From NCBI RefSeq assembly GCF_009914755.1, contig NC_060926.1: a DNA stretch of 64,000 nt, one strand, 5' to 3'. Within the stretch, counting starts at the first letter, position 1. The number at the start of each line of letters is the position of its first letter. The DNA comes from the human T2T-CHM13v2.0 reference genome, Homo sapiens. Both the position numbers and the translations under genes were made by a program. The notes below the pieces were generated by a model. The model did no database searches. It saw only the letters and a list, made by a program, of their open reading frames with translations, and was not told the origin of the DNA. Below are positions 1-14,279 of the stretch, in pieces.

Positions 1-1386
1 TAAAAAGAAAAGAGAGCAATCTACTGCTAGTAACTTGGATTAAGAGGCTTGATAACAAAGTATACTGAAATTATTGGAAATGCTTTCAAATTAATGTAAT
101 TTTATCAATAACTACCTCTTAATTGGAGCCAATAATTGAGATCTAAAAATATAGAAATCACAGTTATTGTCCTTTAGACACAAGTTCTGAGAAAGTCATG
201 AACTTGAAAAACTTCAACCCATTATACACTTCAAAATTAGTGATTCAAAAAAAAGAAAAAAATTTAGTGATTCAAATGAGTTATTAATTACCATTCCATT
301 TACAAGAAGATATATATGTCACTGTTGCCTTTAAACAGTTTTCAGCTTCCAATATACAGGATCATCTCAGTTTATGAAGCAAAGGTGTTTTTGCAGTTTT
401 TTAAAGTATATATATTGTCATACCTTTGCGGTTAAAAAGAAATTGTTATTTAAAGGACTACTGTGGAACACATACTTCTGAAATACAAATAATTATTCTG
501 TCTTAGCAGTAAGTAGATGTCAAACTGTATCAGGCAGTAAAATAGAATAGTGAGGAATGTTTCCTAAAAGGTAGTCTTGAGCTTAATTTAATCTGGGGGT
601 GGGGGGGAATGAACATTTATTAAGTGTCCACTATGTTCCAAGCCCCAGAAATAGAACTAGTAACAACAGCCACCATTTCCTCAGCTCTTACGCTTGCTAC
701 AAGGCACTGTACCAATACTTCCTATGGATTCACTCATTTAATTCTCCTCTTAACCTATGAGGTTAATAAAAGCGTATTCCAAAAACGTGAGATAACTGGA
801 ATATCTATTTAAGATTACAAGAGTTAGAATCAATAAGACTAGCAAGGCTTAGAAAGCCAAAAAATACAGCTTGAAGCATAACAGAAGCTGAGAGCAAATA
901 AGTACCATGGAGCTGGTTTTGCTAGTAGACAGCCAATGTGCAGCCTTCCAGAAATTTAGTTATAACCCAGACAACTAAATTAAATCACCACAGTTAATAA
1001 TTAGCAGGAAAAGAAATTACAGGTATTTAAGAATTTACATTTCAGTTATTTCAGTAGTTAACATTGGAACAATTTCAGGGATTTTTTTCTGTTCAAGTTA
1101 AGTTTGGGTCAGGATCCAGATGTATGGAATTTGGAAAAACCTTCCAAGAGGATTCTATTATGTATCCCTGGCTAGGAACCACTGATCTCCTCACTTTGTA
1201 AGTAACCTACAGCCCAGAAATGTTAAATAACTTGTTCAAACTAAAAAAAAAGTATCAGAGCATTATCTAGAATCTAGCTCTCTCAACTCACAGAATATTC
1301 TGCAAGTACGGAAAATGTTTAGAAAATAAGTGAAGTTTAGAGGTTATATGCCTGCAAGAAGAGCATTACTATTTTATACTCTAACA

Positions 1387-1699
1387 CAGTCATGCATTGC
1401 TTAATGTCATCAGATGATTTCATCATTGTGTGAACATCAGAGCGTACTTACATAAACCTAGATGGTATAGCCTACTATACACCCAGGGTACATGGGATAT
1501 AGCCTACTGCTTTCATGCTACAAACCCGTACAATGAGAATACTGCAGGCAATTGCAACATAATGGTATGTATTTTTGTATCTAAATGTATCTAAACATAA
1601 AAAAAAACAGTAAGAATACAGTGTTATCTTATGGGACTACTGTGTATAGGCAGTCCATCATTTCAGTGTTATGTGAAATATCATTATGCAGAATGACTG
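1387..1699. mobile_element. Tigger3/MER7-like non-autonomous DNA transposon
   Basis: Terminal inverted repeats CAGTCATGC...GAATGACTG followed by TA; internal 'aaacctagatggtatagcctacta' typical of Tigger3a. A related copy in the opposite orientation lies at 57036-57340. Confidence 0.75.
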
Positions 1700-1717
1700 T
1701 ATTTTGTTATCTTTATA

Positions 1718-2313
1718 CAGATGCTCCTCAACTTAACAATAGGGTTACATTCCAATAAACCTATCTTTAATTGAAAATATCATAAATCAGCCAGGTGCGG
1801 TAGCTTACACCTGTAATCCCAGTACTTTGGCAGGCTGAAGCGAGTGGATTGCTCGACCCCAGGAGACAGAGACCAGCCTGGGCAACACGGTGAAACCCCA
1901 ACTCTATCAAAAAAAATACAAAAATTAGCCTGGCATGGTGGCATGTGCCTATAGTCCCAGCTACTCAGAAGGCTGAGGTGGGAGGATCGCCTGAGCCAGG
2001 AGGCAGAGGCTGCAGTGAGCTGAGATCGTGCCATTGTACTCCAGCTTGTATGACAGAGCTAGACCCTGTCTCCAAAAAAAGAGAAGAAATGCATTTAACA
2101 CACCTAACCTACCTAACATCATAGTTTAGCCTAGCCTACCTTAAACACTTACATTAGACTACAGTTGAGTAAATTATCTGGTAATACAGTACACTGCAGA
2201 GTATCAGATCACAAGAAAGTATCATACCACTTCCTACTGCATGCCATAGCTTTTGTGCCAACAAGAAGTCAACAAATTGTTAAGTCAAACCATCACAAGT
2301 TGGGGACCCTCTG
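1718..2313. mobile_element. MER82-like Tigger-family DNA transposon interrupted by an Alu
   Basis: TA-CAGATGCTCCTCAACTTA...AAGTTGGGGACCCTCTG-TA inverted termini with TA duplications; split by the Alu at ~1789-2082. Confidence 0.7.
1789..2082 (+). mobile_element. Alu (AluJ-like)
   Basis: Dimeric Alu sequence with central A-rich linker and A tail. Confidence 0.9.
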
Positions 2314-5300
2314 TATATCCTACTGAATAAAAACTCTGCAATCTGAAATAGTAACTAGTTAGTTTCTGTCACTGGCTGCCTGAAGTTTCTATTCATACTT
2401 CAAAACCAAGTACAAATGTGACTCTCCTCTTTACCATCTCTCCCAGATTATAATCCTTAATTCCCTTCTCAAGACTCCGACAATCCTACTTACACACTGC
2501 ATTTTAGTTAAATATCTATACATCTCTCTCCCCACTAAGACACTAATTTCTTGGCACTAGAGACTTCATCTTAATTTACCTCTATTTCCCTCATGCCAGG
2601 GAACACATTCAATAAACGAAGAGTAAATGAATAAATTAAAAGGGAAAACCTCAATATTTGAGAGTAACTGAAAGAATAGCTCATATGATGGCTTATAAAA
2701 CAGTTTTAAAGATGCAATTTTATTACTATCTAAAATAGTCAACTATGCAATAACAAAGCATTTTCCAGTATGGGTTCTTCTACTTAAAACAAGAGAATCA
2801 TTTCAAACTGGCACATATACAACCCTACTTACAAACTAACAATTCAGTAGCTTATAAAGTTATAAAGATGGGCAGACAGTGAATTTTTGAAGTCACTCAT
2901 TTATGTTATGTTTGAGTTTTTGACAATAAACATATATTCCTCTGGTAATCATTAAAAAATTTTAAAGTTACTTAACAATTCCATAAAAGAAACAAAAGAT
3001 GGATTATTTATCATTGCTACTTAAAAATTAAAAATAATTATTTTCCTAAGCATCTCTGGAACACGCTTCTGCATCTGATTGACCAAAAGAGAAAATAACA
3101 CCCTAAGTGGAAACAAATACAATACTGAAAGGGAAGACTAAAACCAGTTCCCCTCCCTTTACCCTGCACTGCTCCCTTCACAAACATCTTTTCTTCCCCC
3201 ACTAAATAAGCAGATACTGGCTAAAGACTTTCAATTTTACAATGCTAGTCCTGTTAAACTTTTCCTTAGAAAATAAATTTATCCAAAATAATGAGAAAAG
3301 GATAGGGAAAAAAAGAAAAATATTCCTCTAATGTTTTTAAAGAAGTAAAACTGCATTTAAACCACCACAATACTCCACTTTAAAAAGTTTGTAATAGTTG
3401 TATGGGTTTTTTTTTTTCTCATTCTCTGACCTTTACAGTACAGGCAGAAATTTAACAGGAGGAAAAGACGCAAGTATTAACTAAGATCTTTTTAATACAG
3501 AGATTAATCTCATGTTGGTAATGGTGGAGGAAAAGAAAGGAGAAGGAAAAAAAGAAGAGAGTAAACCACACACACAAAAATTTAACTGAGCAAAATGTTT
3601 TCTTTGGGTATTTGGCAGTTTTGTTGAACAGTTATACAATTTCAGAAAAACAATGTTGCCCAAAAGAGATGCTCAGATTCCTAAATACTATTTTCACATA
3701 TTACCATCCTCTACCTTCAGAAGCAATTCTGTGAAGTATGTAGGGCAGGCATTATGCTCCCTACATTACAGAAAACTAAACTGAGTTCAGTTATTGTTTA
3801 AAATGAAACATAATTTCTACTCTACTACTTCACCATAAAATCATAAAGATAGAGCTGGAATAGACTTTAGTGTTCCTTTTACAGTTAATTTTCCCCATTT
3901 TACAGATGAGGAAAAGTGAAGCTCAAGAAAGTCAAATTACTAACCAATGTTAGAGAACTCTCAGTGACAGAATGAAGATTGGAATGCAAGTCTCTTAACT
4001 TCTGGCCCAGTGCTCTTAATCCCACCACCACACAAGTTGCCATGCTGGAACCTTTAAAAATGTTACAAATCTCTACATGAGTGAGTCACATTATTAGGTC
4101 TGCAAAAGGGAAACCATATATTTAAAAACAAAAAAAAAGGAATTAAGCAACAAATAAATTTAAATGTAAAGCTACCAACAACCTTCAAGTCTTTTCCCTA
4201 AAATCCGCTTTTATGTGTTCCTACATCCTCCGTCAAACTACAAGTTCCCTAAAATTCCCATAAATTGTAAATATTAAGATCTCAAAATTTTTGACTGATG
4301 AAATTAAAAAAAAAAAACATTCTTCAGTAATCATGCTCCAACTTCCCTAATAAGCGCCAAAGCATATTACTGACAATAATAAGTTATTTTACTTAACTAT
4401 TTTTCATTGTATATGTTCACTAAAATATCATTTCCACTGTATACTTCCAATTGAAACAGAGTAATTAGATCTGGTAGACAATCTAATGCACATGCATTAA
4501 TGAAAATGTGATAATTGATTGGCAAACATGTATTATGAGGTGGAAGGTTTTTTTTTTAAGACTAGAAGAGGTTGAGATTGAAAAGAGTATGTGGTTTATA
4601 ATGCAGTAAGAATGCAGACAGCATGAACCTAATAAACACATGGTGAACAGATCTTACTCACTTCTTTGGCAAGATATTTGAACAAATGTTTCAATTCCTA
4701 GCCAGCTGGGAAGATATGCCAGACTCACAGACAATTCTATAGGCTGAAAGATCCAAAATCTTATCTGATTCATTTACATGCAAAATTACACAAAGGGAGC
4801 AAACCCAAGGGTATTATTATTAAAACTAGAGCACACAGGTTTTGAGAGAGAGGAGGGAAGTAATTCATTCATTTCAACCTGGCCTAACTGAAGGCCTCGA
4901 GTATCAGATAAGGCCCTAAATACTCTAGTATTTCAAAAATTACACTGTCCCTGCCCAGAGAAAATTCACACTCAAGCAAGGTAAGCAATGTATTTCTTAA
5001 GAAACTAAAAATATAAGGCAAGTGCTAAAATATGACGTTTCAATAAATCAAAATATTTGACATGGATATAATAATGATCACATTCAATGCATTTTAACTT
5101 TCACAAGTTCAATAATACAAGAGGCTGAAGCTTCCCAAAACAGGAAGTGAAAAAAACAGTGCTTTTGAGAAAAGGCAATGAACTGGAATTATTAGAGTTC
5201 AAATGCCCAGAATTTCATTTAATCTTATTTATGAAGGTGGGATATTAAAGTTTGATTGCATTTATCCTACAAAAATGTTTAATAAATGCTTAGAAAAGGT

Positions 5301-7013
5301 ATTTTGCCCAAATACCCAAATCACTTTTGATGTTACTCTCACTTCCTCTTTTAGAAACCATCATAACCATTTCCTTTAAACCACAATACCACAGGTCTAG
5401 TAACTTTTATAATATTTGACTTGTTCATTTTTGGACAAAATTCATATAGGAATCAATTTCCAAGTTTTTTAAGCAGCACAATCTCCCCGAACAGTTCAGG
5501 TCAATGCAACCTCTAAGTAATACTATTTAAAACTGAATTATTCCTAACCTATATAAATTTATAACCTAGGCTCCTTGGTAAATGCAGAGGGGCTTCTTTG
5601 TCATGACACTGAGCTCCTGCCACATAAAAGGTAACAAACTGAGTAAGCATGTTGCAGTTACTCTCCAGATAGCACTGGGTTTAGAGTAATAAAGCCTTGC
5701 AATTAGGTGAGCAACCAGACTTTGTCCTTATCCAAAATTTATCATCATTAAACCAGGACACTCTTTAGAATTAGTGTCTACATCAAATTGTAAAAAATAA
5801 ATCAATTTTACACTCAAACGCTTGGAAATGAATTTCCAAAGAAAAAAAAAAAAACCTTTCTTCAGAAGCCCTCTCAACCTACAATCTATTGCTATGATTA
5901 AACTAAACGGTAACATTCACGATATATTAAAAAGCCAACAAATAGTTATGAAGGTATGACATCAAAGACACATTGGAAACTCGATGGATCTAAATTTTCC
6001 AAATATCTCTTTTTCTCTTTATCAAATTGTTTAAAACTTACCAACCTTGCCTTAAGGGGAGAGATTTTGTTGTTTTGTCCTACGATAATGAATGTAATTA
6101 TTTGTTCTATCTTTACATGGACTTTTCTAAACTTCCAGTGGTCTTCCACTCCTTACTGTACTGAGGACATGTAAAAGCCTTTAAATGGGCCTATTAGCTA
6201 TAGTTGCTCAAATTATCAGACTATGCTATAAATCAGCAGCAATTGCAACATTTTTACGGTTTTTATTTTGTACAGACACCGAACTTTAAGAAATGGTATT
6301 GGAAAATCTAACATGAGGAGGAGTACAGGGGAAAGAGTAGAAGGTTGTTATTCCAGTTCTAGTGACTCACAGCCTAGAAGTATTTCAGAAAATTGGTTCC
6401 ACCCTCACTTCCCCCTCCTCTCCACCTTCAAAATGAAATAATCCCAAATCGTCAACACACTCTCAATGGCTTTTTATTTAGCAATCTAAAATAAAGTGGC
6501 AAAGTGGAGGGGATACGGGATTCATCCAATCAGCCCTTCTCTACCCACATTCCCACACCAAAAAATGGGGATGTGGGGTGTAATCCCTGTTCACTGCTGC
6601 CATCTCCGTAAGAATATGGAACACTCAAGTTTTCCTACCCACCTAGAATTTCGCCCACCCACCACCCTCCCTTTCCTATGGGCCCCATCATGGGGGCGGG
6701 GGCGCCGAGGAGGGGACAGCTCCCGGCTCCCAGCGGCGCCCCCACCCCGTGCGAGGCCCAGCGCCCGATCCCGCCGCCGGGAGCCGGGAAATGGCTTCTC
6801 TGCCTTCGGCCGGCCGGCGAACCACAGGGAGAGGCGCCCGGGACTCCGCATTAGGCCGCGGCGCATCCAGGCGACCCCGGGCCGGGCCTCGGGCGGCGAC
6901 GCCGAGATTTCTACACCCGGCGCCTCCTGCCGCCCCCACCCCACGGCCTCCCTTGCCCTTCATCCCTCCCGGGCCCGCCCGCCTCCGCCGCGGCCTCCCC
7001 GGCCCGTGCGCAC

Positions 7014-7121
7014 CTTCTTGATGTTGTAGAGGCGGGTGAGCATGCCGACGCCCCGGTCGTTGAGGATGGTGAGCTTCTCCGCCAGCTTCTGCTGACTGGG
7101 CTGCAGCACTGAGCGCGACAT
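7014..7121 (-). CDS. NCKAP1: Nck-associated protein 1 (NAP1/HEM2, WAVE regulatory complex), coding part of exon 1
   Basis: Minus strand ACCACC-ATG (7121) encodes [36 protein letters not shown], the recognised NCKAP1 N-terminus. 108 nt, followed by splice donor AAG|GTGCGC at 7013. Positions 1-7013 are intron 1. Confidence 0.96.
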
Positions 7122-7232
7122 GGTGGTGCTGGTGCCGCCGCCGCCGCCGGCCGCCTCGCGCCCAGTCACGGGCCCGCGGCCTTCGCAGCAGCCTCTCTCG
7201 GGCCTCCTCCCCTCCCGCCCGCGACCTCCGCC

Positions 7233-7250
7233 TTAGGAGAGCGCGCCCAT
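7233..7250 (-). other. Upstream ORF (MGALS*) in the NCKAP1 leader
   Basis: Minus strand GGGCC-ATG-GGC-GCG-CTC-TCC-TAA; strong Kozak (-3 G, +4 G). Confidence 0.65.
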
Positions 7251-7440
7251 GGCCCTCGCGCCCCAATCCCGCGCCGGCGACAGAGCGAGCCGCGGCGGAC
7301 TCCTCGGAGCCCCTTCTCCCGCAGCAGCCCGCGCCCCGGCAGCCTCCTGCCTTCCGCCCGCCGCCCTTCCGCCCCCACCCCCGGCGCTCTCCGCCCCAGC
7401 CCCCAACGAGCCGCCTTCCCCGGCTGCTCCACTAGGTGTG

Positions 7441-7464
7441 GCGGCGGCGGCGGCGGCGGCGGCG
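7441..7464. repeat. (GCG)8 / (CGC)8 trinucleotide repeat in the NCKAP1 leader/promoter
   Basis: gcggcggcggcggcggcggcggcg read directly; a second shorter (GCC)n run at ~7134-7148 just upstream of the ATG. Confidence 0.9.
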
Positions 7465-9384
7465 TCTCCGGCGGCTGAGAACGAGGCCGCTTCCCGCAGC
7501 CCCGAACGGGCCCTCGGTCACCTGATCGGCAGCGCCGGCGCCCCCGCGAGGCCGGACGGGGAACTGCGGCCGACGGGCCCTCGGCATGGCCTCGCCGCCG
7601 CCGCTCTGGCCCTGGCCCTGGCCCGGACCGCCCACTACGCCTGATGCCGGGATGGGAGTCCCAAGCGGGGACTGAGTGGGGTCGCGTTGTGTGCTCTTTC
7701 CACTTCGCCCCACACCCCACTCCTTCAAGTTCCCAAAAGTTGCTTTTCCGCACCACCCTTCTAAAGAAACCGGCAGAAACTCTGCTGGGAGGCGGGGTGT
7801 TTTCCAGGCGAGTTTCGCTTAAGAGTGGGCTGGTGGCTCCAAGCGCTTTTTCCTCCCACTGCTTGACAGGCGCTCGCCGCAGAACACAGCAGATGTTGTG
7901 CTCCGCGAGGTGGGGATCGCCTCTGCCAGCCTCCCCAGCCCATCCTCAGTCTCCCCGCCTGGAACCAGTTTGTGAGAGAGGAGGTCGGAAGTGAGGGTAA
8001 CTCAAGTCCTTGAGATAATCACAATCTAGACTTTGTCGGCGAGGAGCACCCATCCGGAGGAGACGCAGTAGGTCCTGGCATGTGGAAGGCAAAAAATAAA
8101 TGTTTGTTCAATGCCTAAAGGAACCGCTCCCATTTTTTTACAGCCTCCACCCTAAATCCCACTTCTTCTTGGAAACATTCTTCTTTGCCATCTCATTTTT
8201 CCTGATCAATTTCTTCTTAGCGACACTCCAAGGCTACTCCCTTGTCAAATGTATTAGACATGATTCCAAAAGTGAACTAACTGAGGACTTACGTAATTGA
8301 GGTGAGAAACTTCAGCCAAGAGGACTCAGGCCTCTAATATTTTTGGCTTTGCCTTTTCTCGATATGTTAATTTTTTATATTATATTCATTAATTTTAAGT
8401 CAGTAACAAAATGTCCCGCCACATTCAATAAGACATTCTAAGAGTAATAAGCCATCACTGGATTTATCAAAACTCTTTAAGAAAAGGAAATTGTAATGAA
8501 TAGCTTTAAAATATTTTTTAAAGCTACTATATCTACTATTCGTAAAGAAATCTTCATTTTAATATTCCAACAAGAAAGAAGGAGTGGACTGAATGGATTT
8601 AATCTAAGGGGCATTTAAAAGAGTCCTGTTCCCACCAAAAGAAGTCATAATCATACCTGCCAGTGTGCCTGAAATTCTATATACAAAGCTGCAGTACCTT
8701 GAATGAATGCTTTGTACCTAGAGAGTCTTAAGAATACAAACACTTCAGAGAGATCATCTGTCGAGCTATTACTAGTCATTAACTGGTCAAGGAATTTAAT
8801 TTATCTGGTTACTTCTCAGCCTGATAGTTAACATTTTAATTTAGAGGAGGCAAGGTTGTGGGGCCTGGAATAGTAAGGGCAGACCTGAGAAGGGGAGGCT
8901 GCGAGGAGGGGTTTGGGGTAGCCAGATAAGAAAATTTAAAAATGTTGAACATTGGGGAAATATGTGCTCCTTTAGGGAGACTACAAATAACTAAGTCTAG
9001 ACGCAGAATTACAGAGTGCTACCAATAAAAGATTGTCTCATTTTCTAGTTTTTAAAAACTGCTGTATAGGGAGAACAAGAAAATGGCACTGTATTATAAA
9101 TTTGAACACAACTCTTACTCCCCAAGAAAAACTATCATGTTGCCATATAAACTTGAATACTAGTAGCTGCTTATAACTCAGGAAGTACCCAATAGGAGAA
9201 CGCTGTAGATAGTAGTCTCATTATTCAATATTTATTGTCACTAATTCATAGACATACTGGCCCTAGACTGTAATGAAATGTATATATTTGCGTAAAAGAG
9301 ATTAGATGTAGATGAATTACAATTTTTGTCTTTCTCTACATTTTGCATTAAAAAGAACAAGTGTACGGGAATTTTTCTTAAACT

Positions 9385-10216
<832 letters not shown>

Positions 10217-11303
10217 GGAAAAGTACATCCATCATCCAGCCTCCCTTGCAGCTTATGTTCTGACCAGTAAGATATAAGCTGTCAAGAACCTTCCTAAAGG
10301 GACTGCTGCTGCTCTCCATTTGCCAGTTCTTCCTCACTTCCTTCATTCTGCCACACCCAACAAGGATGCAATGACCACTATCTTGAACCAGGAAGACAAC
10401 AGCCACTCAGTAAGGATGACAAAACATAAAAATGGAAGGTGTATGTGGGCTTTTTAGAACACAACAGCCATGTCAAACTTGGCCTGTCTAGACCTGGTTT
10501 TGTACGAAAGAGAAATAAACTTCTAGCTTTTTTATTTGTTTTTTTTTTTATTTACTTACAGCCAAACGTGATTCTCAATAATCCTCAAACGTGATCCTCA
10601 ATAATAAGTTTCTGTGGCCAACTTTATAATATCTCTAATAGGAATAAAATAAGGGAGGATAACTAGATTTAATAGTTATGGTTTTTGCACTGTGTCAGAT
10701 GTTGTTACAATTTGAGCTACATTTTCTCATTTACTTCTTTCAAAAACCTTTAGAGATATTATCATCTTTAATTTTACAGATGAGAAAACTGAAATGCAGA
10801 CAGTTTTTTTTTTTAATTGCCAAAGATCACACCCATAGAAAATGGTAAAGCTGATATTGGATCCCTTATCGGTCTGACTCCAAAGTTGGTGCACTACTGT
10901 GACAAGACAGTTGGATGGCACTACATTTTTCATGCATCCAGTGAACATGATTCTATAGTTTCCTCTAGAGTCCTATAACCCTGCTCAAACCTTTATAAAC
11001 AGTTCCTTCACTTTCTTCAATTCACAGTTAAGAGTCTGCCATATTTTTTCCTGACCGATACATCAGCTTTTTTAGACGGCTTTCTTTAGCTTTGCTTTCT
11101 CCAGAAACTAGCATGAGAATTATTTCTGTAATATCTTTTGCTAATCATAAAGAATGTTTATGCGTTCTTTTTTTAAAATCACTTAGTTTACCCAACCCAG
11201 TGTTGCTTCTCTATATAAGGCAAGAAGTGAGAAAAATTGATTAAGGGTATCTCTATAGGTTCTTAGGATAAAGCCCTTTGATTAGGAGGTCTGCCATCAA
11301 AGG

Positions 11304-11413
11304 CAGTGTTCCACTTGATCTTAAAGACAAATATAATGTTTTTCCTCCCATCAAACTTCAGTGTTCCACTTGATCTTAAAGACAAATATAATGTTTTTCC
11401 TCCCATTAAACTT
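11304..11413. repeat. 55-bp tandem duplication
   Basis: cagtgttccacttgatcttaaagacaaatataatgtttttcctccca(tc/tt)aaactt twice, one mismatch. Confidence 0.95.
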
Positions 11414-12656
11414 CTAACCAGGTATTACTAAGTATGACTAGAAATGTATGAACAAATTTCTCTTTGAAATAGCCTGGGAATTGAGAAGTAGACATAGTAA
11501 TTTTGTCTGTCCTTCAACCCTTCCTTTGGGAAGCCACCACCTTCTGACAAAATTGAATGCAGAAAGAAAAAGGGCCCAAGCTGTGGGAAGAGTCAGACAT
11601 AAGTGAATAACAAATTAATAGAGCTTTTCAAGGAAGTGCCATTCTAAAAAATTGCATTTGGTGAGACCATAATGCAGAGAAACCAACCCTGGGTGAACAA
11701 CAGTGGAAAAGGACAATAGATTTCCCTGTGGTTTAACAGTAATTCATGTCCTGTTCTTCTGCTTGGCAAAGACCACAAGGTATAACATTTATTCCCCAAA
11801 AAATTATTAAGAAAGAGAATGAGGAAAAGACAGGGCAACAATGAGGAAAAGACAGGGCAACAGTATCCATAGTAAATGAAGGAAGGAGTTAAGACTTAGC
11901 CAGAGATTGCAACTCAGTAGAGCAGAAGAGTAACTGAGACCAGAATAAAGACACATGAGGTATCTCCAGTAATCAGTAGAAGAGATGCCAGAAATACAGC
12001 TGATCTGAAAAGTTAAAAAAATGAAATAAAATAAAGAATTAATTACAGCCTTGATCTTGACCACTCACATCCAATTAGATTCATCTTATAGTATGCCTAA
12101 TCTTTGGTAATATAACTCACACATGTTTATTTGCACCTGCTCTATAAAACTATAGATTTAGCTTTCCTTTTTTGTTGTTTTTGCTTTTTGTTTTTTTGTT
12201 TTAGATATTTATTAGGCTAGACTTATGCATGAATAGTATATGATGGAATATATATCAGTGAATACAAATATTGGTTGATCATTTTAGGTTTATAATTTTT
12301 TAACGTTAAAATGCTACATGGAAAATAGGCAATATCAATGGTAGAACAAAATGAGTTAGAATACAGGGTTAGCATTTTGATGATACCAACTTTCAGCTGA
12401 ACAAAAATAATCTATTTACATTTTTACATTTTTACATTTACATCAAATGTAAAAACTCCAGAGATGAATATTCACTCCAGAGGTGAATATTCTTTCAAAA
12501 ATTTGAAAATATATTGAATCTATTGAACTGGACCTCCAAGGGGAGGCCTAGCATACAAATTTGAAGTTATCAGAATTTGGGTATTATTTGTAGCCATGGG
12601 AATAAATTGAGATACTTTTTGGAGAGTATTTTTTTAAAAAGGAAAATAGTGTGTAA

Positions 12657-12785
12657 TAGAAAGAAAGAAACAAAGAAAGAAAGAAAAAGAAAGAAAAGAA
12701 AGAAAAAAACGAAAGAAAAGAAAGAAAGAGAAAGAAAGAAAGAAAGAAAAAGAAAGAAAGAAAGGAAAGGAAAGGAAAAAGGAAG
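12657..12785. repeat. (GAAA)n-type purine microsatellite
   Basis: Read directly, immediately upstream of the HERV-H 5' LTR. Confidence 0.9.
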
Positions 12786-12795
12786 ACTTATGAGG

Positions 12796-13492
<697 letters not shown>

Positions 13493-13494
13493 TT

Positions 13495-13512
13495 TGGTGC
13501 TATGACTCGGAT
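13495..13512 (+). other. Primer-binding site, tRNA-His
   Basis: TGGTGCTATGACTCGGAT versus canonical His PBS TGGTGCCGTGACTCGGAT (2 mismatches), directly after the 5' LTR. Confidence 0.9.
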
Positions 13513-14279
13513 CAGGGGACTTCCCTTGGGAGATCAATCCCCTGTCCTCCTGCTCTTTGCTCCGTGAGAAAGATCCACCTATGACCTCTGGTCCTCAGAC
13601 CAACCAGCCCAAGGAACATCTCACCAATTTTAAATCAGGTAAGCCACCACTCTTTACTCTCTTCTCCAACCTCTCTCACTATCCCTCAACCTCTTTCTCC
13701 TTTCTATCTTGGCACCATCCTTCAATCTCTCCCTTCTCTTAATTTCAGTTCCTTTCCTTTTCTGGCAGAGACGGAGAAGACACGTTTTATCTGTCAACCC
13801 AAAATTCCGGTGCCAGTCATAGACTCGGGAAGACAGTCTTCCCTTGGTGTTTAATCACTGTGGGGACGCCTGCTTGATTATTCACCCACGTTTCAGAGGT
13901 GTCTGATCACCATGAGGATGCCCACCATGATCCTTCGCCCTTAGTGGCAAGCACCACTTTTTGGGGGGCAAGCACCCCCCACCCCTTCTCTCCGTGCCTC
14001 TACCCTCTCTTTTCTCTCCACTTTCCTGGGGGGCAAGCACCCCCCACCCCTTCTCCACTTTCCTGGGTGGCAAGCACTCCCCACCCCTTCTCTCTGTGTC
14101 TTTACCCTCTCTTTTCTCTGGACTTGCCTCCTTCACTACAGGCAATCTTCCACCCTCCATTCCTCCTTCTTCTCCCTTAGCCTGTGTTCTCAAGAACTTA
14201 AAACCTCTTCAACTCACCCCTGACCTAAAACCTAAACACCTTATTTTCTTCTGCAATGCCACTTAACCCCAATACAAAC

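Larger units (their letters stand above)
6690..7700. promoter_or_regulatory. CpG island / NCKAP1 promoter and first exon
   Basis: Very high GC and CpG density against AT-rich flanks, multiple GC boxes (GGGCGG/CCGCCC), overlaps NCKAP1 exon 1. Confidence 0.92.

Noticed and set aside
6496-7994. Several long overlapping GC-rich ORFs (up to 196 aa) around NCKAP1 exon 1
   Set aside because: Expected from stop-codon scarcity in a CpG island; low-complexity R/G/P/A content and no recognisable domains.
12455-12492. 10-bp inverted repeat GAATATTCAC-N7-GTGAATATTC resembling a terminator or operator
   Set aside because: Explained by a 19-bp tandem duplication of a unit that contains the palindrome GAATATTC.
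13945-14120. Repeats of GGCAAGCACCCCCCACCCCTTCTC with variable spacers (superficially CRISPR-like)
   Set aside because: Known tandem repeats of the HERV-H leader region; the spacers are related to each other and the context is eukaryotic.
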